Source: an uncultured Bacteroidales bacterium
GTDB lineage: Bacteria; Bacteroidota; Bacteroidia; Bacteroidales; UBA4417
Direction: 5' to 3'
Assembly: GCA_963802185.1 (NCBI GenBank)
Contig: CAWDHU010000008.1
Location: 12,359 to 76,358, forward strand
Length of the DNA: 64,000 nucleotides
The stretch's first letter is position 1, and each line of letters begins with the position of its first letter. The notes beneath the pieces were generated by a model. That model was given only the letters and a program-made list of their open reading frames with translations. It searched no databases and was not told the origin of the DNA. Both the position numbers and the translations under genes were made by a program. This document shows, piece by piece, positions 56,227-64,000 of this stretch.

Positions 56227-58951
56227 TTACTTCACAACCGGAGGTAAACTCCCGGTACCCCAGTTTTTATTTGGCTGGTTACTAAGCCATATTTCGAGTG
56301 TTCCCACCTTTAGCAAAGTCTTCGTGCGTAAACCAGAAATCATTCAACTCCTTTCTATTTAACTGCACTTTTTGAATGTAAACATTCTCCTTCGAATTGT
56401 TGTGAGTGATTATAGTAAACGCTTTACCCTTATAATACCGGGCATCAAGCTTAATTGTAGTGCTGTCAAATACCGGGCTGGTTATTTCGTAAACAGGAGT
56501 TGCTGAGGCATTTCCCTGCAAACTGAATAATCCTATGGACATTAAAGCACTTAACGCGCCCATTTGTCCCTGATCCTCATCATGACCTCCATAGCCCAGG
56601 TCAGGAGTTATTCCTCCATAGGCCTGTTCCTTTACTCTGCGTACCCAATACTGAGTCAACCATGGTTTGCCGGCATAATTAAATACATGTGCGTTTGATA
56701 ATCCAGGCTGGTTGGCATAACTGACATACCCATCATTATAATCAAAAACAAAATCCTGGGGAGCAGCCTTTTCAAAAGCATAATTAAGTTTGTCGCATAG
56801 TTTGTCGTTACCACCCATTAAAGCAGCTAAGCCCGGAATATCATGTGAAACACCCCATGTGGCCTGCCATGCATTGGCTTCAATCCATCCTGCTCCACTC
56901 AACGGATCGTTGTGCGTGAATTTGCCTTCACTGTCTTTTGGGAACAAAAGGTTTTGTTCAGGATTGAAGCAAGCTTTCCATCCCTGAGCCCTTTTCGAGA
57001 AGTAATTGTAATCCTTCTTTTTACCAAGTTTGTATGCCATCTGGGCAACAGCCCAATCCTGGAAAGCGGCCTCAATGGTTATGCCAGCATTATCTTTCCA
57101 CCAACCATGTTTTATGTAAAATGTTATATCCTCTCTGCTACCCAGCATTCCTCCCGGCATCTGGTTTCTTTTCATCACTTCAAAAGCATGGTGTACATCC
57201 ACCTTTGACAGCAATCCTTTTTGAAAAGTACCTGCAATAAGGTTAACGGCCGGATCACTGGTCATAATATAGGAATATCCGCCACCTGAAGGTCCCCTTG
57301 GTAACATTCCGCCATTATCTGCATATTGTATCATGGAAGCTGACAGTTCATCCTGAACTTCCGGCCAGCCAAGTCCCCATAAAATATTCAGGTTCCATTG
57401 TGTCAACCACAAGGCATCGGTGCTATACATGCTATATTTCAACTTACCATCAGCATTTTTTGGAAGTCGTTTCACTTTAAAAACAGCATCGGTAAAAGTG
57501 CCTTCCCGAACGCCGGTAGTCCTGTCAGGATAATCACCGGACACATCATTAATTTTTTGACGACCCAGGAGTACATGCCACAAGTCAGTATAAAACTTGA
57601 TCTTCTGATCATTGGCTCCACCATTTACTTCTATCTTTCCAAGCCATTCATTCCACACCTGCCTGGTTTCATTTCGTACGGCATCAAAATCCCATGAAGC
57701 ACATTCAGATTCAAGATTTCTTCTCGCATTATCAATACTGGTGTACGAAATCGCAACCTTCATTTGTATTTTATCTCCAGCTTTTACATCGTATTTAGCC
57801 GAAACGCCAGTACTATCACCGTTGAGATCGGACAGGTTTTTTAATAAAGTCTTGCCTTTCCAGCCATCCAATGATTGGGTTGCTTTGTCGAGTTGAATGA
57901 CAAAATAAACCTTTACATCTTTGGGTCCGCCCCAATAGCGCTTTACAGAACTGAAGGAGCCTACAAATTCCTTGTCATTTATCTTTTTAATGGCAGCATT
58001 GGCCATGGTGCTGTTGCCCATGTATCCTCCAAGGTTTACCAGGATTTGAGTTGGCATATCCTGATTGTACCTGAAACGATAAAAGCTGACCCTTTCGGTA
58101 GCCGTCAATTCAACCCAGGTTTTAGGTTGTTTCAGGTAAAGTCGCTGATATCCTGGTTGTACCAGCTCATCATCATGACTGAATTCTGATTTCCATGCAT
58201 TTTCTCCTCCTGTGGGATTTACAGAAATATTAGCCGGCATTATTTCAATTCCTGACATCATCCATGCATGGATATTCCCAAAACCTAAAACATTCTCTTC
58301 GTTGTAATTATACCCTCCACCATTCTGATTTTTATTTCGTGTATGCGGTGCTGCTCCTACCATTCCAAAAGGCCTGGAACCAGTGATAAAGAAGATATAC
58401 CGCCCCCTGTTGGTTTCGATATACGGATCAACCCAGCCAACATAATCAGTTTTTAAAGTTCGGGTAGGATACACTTCAATTTCGGAAAATCCAAGGTCTT
58501 TACCGTTACCGTCTGTGGTTTCGAAACGAACAGAAGTAACCTTTTTTGTGTCAAACTTCACCAGTTTGGCAGTACCGTCATTGGGGATTTGATCCACCCA
58601 CACTATGCTGCCATCACTAAAAACAAGTCTTCCGCTTGCAATATGATTATTGAGAGCCGGCCTGTCGAAAAGGAGTATTTTATCAATGGCTTGTGGCTGG
58701 TTCCAATCCAGTTGTATCCATGGAAAACGAATATACCCCCAATCGGTGGTATCCCCTTCGCAGGCCCATTCTCCTTTATTGGCAACTCCAATAATACCAT
58801 CCTTAATATTGTCGGCTCTAAATTGACTGCTTAAAGTTGATGATGCAGTAACTTTTGCATTTGGAGCAATATTATCGGTTCCCGCAAAGGCAATCAGATT
58901 TATGGCAGCAAGTACTGCCAATAAGCCGATCTGTTTGATTTTTTGTATCAC
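56227..58951 (-). CDS. GH92 alpha-mannosidase with N-terminal F5/8 type C (discoidin/CBM32-like) domain; 3' end apparently frameshifted
   Basis: Discoidin-like N-terminus (NIAPNAKVTASS..FSEIEVY). GH92 blocks (VDPYIETNRGRYIFFITGSRPFGMV, SHDDELVQPGYQRLYL, GGYSYIMTSDP...). The track ORF ends at about 56282 with ..FAKGGNTRNMA*. Dropping one A in GGGAACACTC gives ..GGTLEIWLSNQPNKNWGTGSLPPVVK*, ending at about 56227, which is a typical GH92 C-terminus. GTG start at 58951. Confidence 0.85.
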
Positions 58952-59008
58952 AGTTTTCTGCTATTTAGTGCTGATTTTCGAACTTTAAAGTCTGATTAAA
59001 ACCAGATT

Positions 59009-60454
59009 TTAGTAACCTTCATTTTGCTTTAAATTTTTATTGTTGTCCAGTTCCCGCTGCGGAATTGGAAAAACATAATTAATTGCTGTAGGATCTGATG
59101 CGTCACCTTTGGCTCTTTTTACGCTTTCAACCAGGGTTCCTGTTCGTACAAGGTCGAACCAACGTTGACCTTCACTCACAAATTCATGTCTCCTCTCATT
59201 GAGTACTGCTTGTTTGAAACCATCATGATCTAATCCGGCATAATCGGGAAGGACATCAATAACTCCATTCCTGGCCCGGGCACGTACCAGGTTAACTGCA
59301 TCATAAGCCTCTATGGTAGGACCCGAATTTGCTTCGTTCAGAGCTTCGGCATAAATGAGCAAAATTTCTGAATACCGCATTACAAAAAAATCAGCACCCG
59401 ATGCGGTAGTGGCTGCAGGCTTATATGCATCCTGGTCCCAATATTTCCATATGTGAGGCTCAAAAGTATAGAACCAATAACTGCTGAAGAATGTCACTTC
59501 TTTCCTATGGTCACCATTTTCAAAACTATTCAGAAGATCTTCAGTTGGCAGCATGATCTCCGTTCCTGCTGAGAACAGGCCCTGAATGGAAGGTAGCCCT
59601 GAAATTACCATCTGGGAGTTTTCCGTATTTGTTTTTTTATTGAATTGTACTTCGAATACCGACTCCTTGCCATTTTTATTTACTTCCTTAAAGTTGCTGA
59701 TATAATCCGCATTAAGACTGTATTGCTTCGACTCTATTACCTTTGAAGCAAAAAGGCTTGCGTTTGTCCAATCATTTGTTGTAAGATAAACTTTTGAAAG
59801 CAATCCCCAGGCAGCGCCCCTTGTAGCTCTTCCTTTATCGTTGGAGTTTGAATATTTTAGGGGAAGTCTATCCGCTGCCATGCTAAGATCTTTAATAATC
59901 TGGGCGTAAACGCTACTAACCGGCGATTTAAAAAGGTAAACTTCTACATCAGTCAGACTTGCTGAGACAGGAATAGTATCAATTGGCACTTCGCCAAATA
60001 ACCGGACCAGGTTGAAATAAAATAAAGCTCTGAGAAATCTGGCTTCACCAATAATCCGTTGCCTGTTGGCTGAATCCATTTCAATGGTAGGCACTTTCTC
60101 CAGTACTACATTTGCGCGGCTGATTCCCAGGTAGGAGCCCTGCCATATTCCGGACAGGTAATTATTTGTAGGTTGAATGTCATAGGTAGTAAACTGATGC
60201 AGGTTTGGATCATTTATAGTAGGCCTTGCATAACAATCGTCGGAGCTGACATCCTGTATCAGCCAAATCGAACTGGAATACTGGTTAACTGCGCCAAGTA
60301 CATCGTACACTGCATTAACAGCGGTTAACGCATCTTCTTCAGTTTGATAGAAATTATCATAATATATCTGATGTGGAGTCAATTCCAGTTCCTTTGTACA
60401 GGAACTAAAAACCACCAAAATGAACAGGACTGTCAGTATTAAAATGTTCTTCAT
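59009..60454 (-). CDS. SusD/RagB family nutrient-binding outer-membrane lipoprotein
   Basis: Lipoprotein signal (VVFSSC). Typical SusD blocks (ARFLRALFYFNLVRLFG, RYSEILLIYAEA, ERRHEF..EGQRWFDLVR). Lies immediately downstream of SusC. Confidence 0.9.
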   Translation of the reverse strand: MKNILILTVLFILVVFSSCTKELELTPHQIYYDNFYQTEEDALTAVNAVYDVLGAVNQYSSSIWLIQDVSSDDCYARPTINDPNLHQFTTYDIQPTNNYLSGIWQGSYLGISRANVVLEKVPTIEMDSANRQRIIGEARFLRALFYFNLVRLFGEVPIDTIPVSASLTDVEVYLFKSPVSSVYAQIIKDLSMAADRLPLKYSNSNDKGRATRGAAWGLLSKVYLTTNDWTNASLFASKVIESKQYSLNADYISNFKEVNKNGKESVFEVQFNKKTNTENSQMVISGLPSIQGLFSAGTEIMLPTEDLLNSFENGDHRKEVTFFSSYWFYTFEPHIWKYWDQDAYKPAATTASGADFFVMRYSEILLIYAEALNEANSGPTIEAYDAVNLVRARARNGVIDVLPDYAGLDHDGFKQAVLNERRHEFVSEGQRWFDLVRTGTLVESVKRAKGDASDPTAINYVFPIPQRELDNNKNLKQNEGY

Positions 60455-60481
60455 GATCTTTTATTTTGAAATTTCTTGTAA

Positions 60482-63400
60482 TTAAAAATTAATGCTGGCA
60501 CCCAGGATATAAGTTCTTACCGATGGATATGAACCAAAATCGTATCCCATACGGGTGTTATCCATACCAAATGATCCAACTTCAGGATCAAAACCGCTGT
60601 ATTTGGTAAAAGTGAATGGGTTCTGTGCTGTAACGTAAACCTTTACTTTCGTTATCTTTAAGGCTTCCATCAACTTTCCAGGAAGATCATAAGAAAGAGT
60701 TATGGTTTTTATGCGGACATAGGAAGCATCCTCCAGGTACCGGGTCGACATATGCAGGTAATCAGCGTTACGATTTGCCCTGGGATATAAGTTACTTGGA
60801 TTTTCAGGGGTCCACCTGTCAAGCAATTTTGTTGAAGCATTCGACAACCCATTTCCTGATTCCAGTTCGAAGCGGTTACTGTTAAGCATCTGATTCCCCT
60901 GGCTGCCTTGCAGAAACACATCAAGAGAAAAACTTTTATACGAAAAATTATTGCTCAGCCCCCATGTAAAATTCGGCAGGGCATGGCCAATAATTCCCTG
61001 GTCTTCCACATCGATTTTACCATCACCATTCTGGTCTATATACTTGAAATCACCAGGTTGAGCTCCATAAACTGCTGCCTTGTCAGCTTCAGATGTTTGC
61101 CATATTCCGTCGGAAACCAATCCCCAGAAACTTCCCATCTCCTCTCCTTCCCTGATAATAGCCCAATTCCCGATCTTCAGTTTGTAAGTATCATTGTTAA
61201 TGTACAAGTCGACACCATTCAGATCAAGGATCTTATTTTTATTGAACGAAATATTGCCGGATGTATTCCATTTGAACTCTCCAACACAATTCACGGTATT
61301 GAGAGCAAATTCAAATCCTGTATTTCTGAGTTTCCCAATATTTTTCAGATATGAACTATAACCTGTTGTATAAGGAAGGTTGAAATAATAAAGCAGGTCC
61401 GATGTTTTCTTATTGTAATAATCTACAGTTATGCCGATCCTGTTTTGGATAAAACCAACATCGATACCGGCATCCACTTGTTGAGTAGTTTCCCATTTCA
61501 GGTTATCATTGCCCGGATTGGCAGGTGAAAAACCGGAAGCGGCATATGAATTATTGAAATAATATGTGGATGATGAAAGAGTCCGGATGTAAGCGTAATC
61601 CATTATACGGTCATTTCCGCTAACACCATAACTCAGCCTGAATTTAAGATTTGAAATTTTATCAAAACGCTTGAAGAAATCTTCTTCAGATGCCCTCCAT
61701 GCAAAGGCTGCCGATGGGAAAGTGGCATACCTGTTATTAGCACCGAATTTTGATGAACCATCCACGCGGCCTGTTAAAGTAAAAAGGTACTTTTCTTTCA
61801 GACTGTAATTAATCCTTCCCAGATATGAAACTATGGATGATTCGCTGAAACCGGTCAGAATGGTGGGCATATTCGTTGCATTCGCGATACCATAATAGCC
61901 CAAAATATCGTTGGGAAATCCTGTTGCTATATCAATAAAGGTACGGGAGGCATTCTTTTGAAATGTGAAACCGCCCAAAATATTGATCCTGTGGATTTTT
62001 TGCCATTCTTTGTTATACGTCAGAAGGTTCTCAAAAATCTGGTTCTGAAAACTAGTTGTTGCATAACGGGCTTGTCCGCCATTAAATGAACCTGAATATA
62101 CATAATTGGGAGTATACATGTCCTGATCTGAATGATAAATATCTACACCTAAACTCGTCTTGAATTTCAGGTCTTTAAGTATCGAATATTCCATATAGGC
62201 ATTTCCGAGCAGGCGGTTCACCTTTTCTAATGCATCTACATCCCTGGTTACAGCAACAGGATTATCCAGCCATCCGTCAGCATTAGGATCAGTAAGAGTA
62301 TACTGCCCGGTTGCGTCATAAACCGGCAACACTGGGTTAAATATTAATGCTGTATTTACAACTCCAGGGAAAAAACCTCCCGGTGTGTCAGTTGGGACTG
62401 TATTTGAGCTTGTTTGGGTATAGCTAAGGTTTGTTCCTACGACTAACTTTTCACTGACCTTCCTGTCCAGGTTTAATCTGAATGAATAGCGTTTGAAGTC
62501 GGACCCAACAATAATCCCTCCTTGTTTGTAATACCCTGCGCTTATAGCGTAGGTCGTTTTTTCATTGCTTCCTGAAAAATTCAGCTGATAATTTTGAATT
62601 GGTGCATTCTGGTAGATTTCGGATTGCCAATCAGTGCCGGCACCTAAACTTTCCGGGTCCGGATACAGAGGCACGTAACCTGAAGAGCTTGCATTAGCTC
62701 CCGCTTCATCGTAAAGAGTTGCAAACTGACTTGCATTCATTACAGTAATGTCTTTAGCTTTATGCTGTGTGCCAAAATAGGTCTCGAAAGTTATATTGTC
62801 TTTCCCCTTTTTCCCTCTTTTTGTTGTAATCAGAACAACTCCATTTGCACCCCTGGCTCCATAAATAGATGTTGCTGAAGCATCCTTCAGTATTTCCATT
62901 GATTCAATATCACCGGGATTGATCGAACTGAGGCCATTTTGCGCCGGGGAACCTATCCATGACATATCGACCTGACTTTCAATTAATACCCCGTCAATCA
63001 CATACAGGGGTTCATTTCCAGCCATAATTGAATTGCCTCCGCGAATCCGTAATGACATTGCGCCTCCAGGTTGGGATGATAACTGAGTAACCTGTACGCC
63101 CGAGACTTTGCCTTGTATTCCCTGATCCAACGAATTGACAGGTATTTTCTTTAAGTCGTCGGTACGAATTGAAGCCACGGAACCGGTTAGGTCGCTTTTT
63201 TTAACAGCGCCGTATCCAATTACTACAACTTCATCAAGGCTTACAGCTTCAGATTCCATTTTAATATCGACCACATTTGATGTAGTTAAGGGAATCTCAA
63301 TACTTTTCATCCCAATGAAAGTAAATACAAGCACTCTGGCAGTCTCATCAATTTTTAAGGAATATTTACCGTTTACATCAGTAGTAGTGCCATTTGCAGT

Positions 63401-63538
63401 TCCTTTGATGAGTATAGTTACACCGGGAATCGATTTACCATCAGCGGCATCAGTCACGGTTCCTGTTATTGTCCTCTGTTGTCCGAAAACTGCCATGGTT
63501 GACAGAAACAGTAAGAGATAAATCAGAGTTATTTTCAT
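60482..63538 (-). CDS. SusC/RagA family TonB-dependent outer-membrane transporter
   Basis: Carboxypeptidase-regulatory-like N-domain (ITGTVTDAADGKSIPGVTILIKGTANGTTTDVNGKYSL). TonB box/plug (DEVVVIGYG..., ILKDASATSIYGARGANGVVLITTKRG). Terminal aromatic residue (..SINF). Confidence 0.92.
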   Translation of the reverse strand: MKITLIYLLLFLSTMAVFGQQRTITGTVTDAADGKSIPGVTILIKGTANGTTTDVNGKYSLKIDETARVLVFTFIGMKSIEIPLTTSNVVDIKMESEAVSLDEVVVIGYGAVKKSDLTGSVASIRTDDLKKIPVNSLDQGIQGKVSGVQVTQLSSQPGGAMSLRIRGGNSIMAGNEPLYVIDGVLIESQVDMSWIGSPAQNGLSSINPGDIESMEILKDASATSIYGARGANGVVLITTKRGKKGKDNITFETYFGTQHKAKDITVMNASQFATLYDEAGANASSSGYVPLYPDPESLGAGTDWQSEIYQNAPIQNYQLNFSGSNEKTTYAISAGYYKQGGIIVGSDFKRYSFRLNLDRKVSEKLVVGTNLSYTQTSSNTVPTDTPGGFFPGVVNTALIFNPVLPVYDATGQYTLTDPNADGWLDNPVAVTRDVDALEKVNRLLGNAYMEYSILKDLKFKTSLGVDIYHSDQDMYTPNYVYSGSFNGGQARYATTSFQNQIFENLLTYNKEWQKIHRINILGGFTFQKNASRTFIDIATGFPNDILGYYGIANATNMPTILTGFSESSIVSYLGRINYSLKEKYLFTLTGRVDGSSKFGANNRYATFPSAAFAWRASEEDFFKRFDKISNLKFRLSYGVSGNDRIMDYAYIRTLSSSTYYFNNSYAASGFSPANPGNDNLKWETTQQVDAGIDVGFIQNRIGITVDYYNKKTSDLLYYFNLPYTTGYSSYLKNIGKLRNTGFEFALNTVNCVGEFKWNTSGNISFNKNKILDLNGVDLYINNDTYKLKIGNWAIIREGEEMGSFWGLVSDGIWQTSEADKAAVYGAQPGDFKYIDQNGDGKIDVEDQGIIGHALPNFTWGLSNNFSYKSFSLDVFLQGSQGNQMLNSNRFELESGNGLSNASTKLLDRWTPENPSNLYPRANRNADYLHMSTRYLEDASYVRIKTITLSYDLPGKLMEALKITKVKVYVTAQNPFTFTKYSGFDPEVGSFGMDNTRMGYDFGSYPSVRTYILGASINF

Positions 63539-63584
63539 TTGGTTTTGTTGTATTAAGTTTTATTCTTCTATTTGCACACCTGTT

Positions 63585-64000
63585 TCAACCCGCTTTATTA
63601 TTTTCCTGAAGTTTTTGAAGAATTACTCCGGACTTATCCAGCACTTCCCGTTCACTTTCAATAGTATATACAAAGCTGTCGGCCCTGTAATATCCAATGT
63701 TGTATTCAATTGGCCTGCCGCCCGGATCAAAAACAAAACGTTTCCTTTTCAGGATTGCATCACCTGTATTAATATTGAGTTTACCTGCCAGGAATTTATC
63801 TGCTGATCTTGCTGAAATTTCTTCTTTTGACAGTTTTGCTATAACCGAATGCTCTTTTTCGAGTATTTCATACAAGGGTTTCGAAAAATCTTCTTTCCCT
63901 GTAAGCCCTACATTAGGATGAAAATAGGAAACGAAATAGACGAATGGATACTCCACCCTTCCACGAAGACGTACCATTTTTAATATTTTTTTTCCTGGTG
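63585..64000 (-). CDS. GntR/HutC-family regulator, UTRA effector-binding C-terminal part (5' end outside window)
   Basis: ..GRPIEYNIGYYRADSFVYTIESE is UTRA-like. The frame stays open upstream of the listed Met (..PGKKILKMVRL..) to the window edge, so the wHTH part lies beyond 64000. Confidence 0.6.
   Translation of the reverse strand, partial: PGKKILKMVRLRGRVEYPFVYFVSYFHPNVGLTGKEDFSKPLYEILEKEHSVIAKLSKEEISARSADKFLAGKLNINTGDAILKRKRFVFDPGGRPIEYNIGYYRADSFVYTIESEREVLDKSGVILQKLQENNKAG

Noticed and set aside
56757-56761. G-run that I count as 5 G. This would break the GH92 frame and shifts my hand-derived stop to 56281 against the track's 56282.
   Set aside because: The supplied ORF track reports one continuous 889-aa ORF whose length fits 4 G. 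My manual count of a homopolymer across a line break is the likelier error. It is flagged only so the position can be rechecked computationally.
1-64000. CRISPR arrays, tRNA/rRNA genes, IS elements and prophage genes
   Set aside because: All regular tandem repeats I found are coding (FG-GAP 165-nt units, PKD-like 252-nt units). Intergenic repeats are irregular hairpin elements without spacer architecture. No cas, integrase, transposase or phage structural motifs were recognised, and no tRNA T-arm/acceptor patterns were seen.

Overview
The window looks like a Bacteroidota chromosomal segment. Evidence: several proteins end in T9SS (Por_Secre_tail-type) C-terminal sorting domains, there is a SusC/SusD pair, and TAnnTTTG -7 promoter-like boxes occur upstream of genes. 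I count about 47 credible protein-coding genes. I found no rRNA, tRNA, CRISPR array, transposase or integrase.

Layout:
- 1-31 kb and 33-47 kb: a mix of T9SS-secreted adhesin-like repeat proteins (CotH/LTD, FG-GAP, ELWxxDGT, PKD-like), two M1 metallopeptidases, TPR proteins, small redox enzymes, membrane proteins and orphan response-regulator receivers. These are separated by repeat-rich intergenic DNA.
- 31.4-33.3 kb: an AT-rich islet with two adjacent HNH nucleases carrying different putative modified-DNA reader domains (SRA-like and sulfur-binding-domain-like). This is the most system-like candidate in the window.
- 47.8-64 kb: a minus-strand glycan utilisation locus with a GntR regulator, SusC, SusD, GH92, a PMI-like cupin protein, an MFS transporter, a ROK kinase, a propeller-like protein, two esterases and a NagB-like deaminase.

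Other points from reading the sequence by eye:
- Two genes appear interrupted by 1-nt frameshifts: the 1240-aa TPR protein and the 3' end of GH92.
- A 50-codon Pmp3/YqaE gene is missing from the ORF track.
- A 5'-truncated paralogous copy of an EamA transporter gene brackets the CotH gene.
- A perfect 240-nt tandem duplication lies inside an adhesin gene.
- There is a 108-nt multi-helix hairpin and three families of intergenic hairpin repeats.

All family assignments are motif recognition by eye or from memory, with no database search. Coordinates of hand-found features may be off by 1-2 nt.
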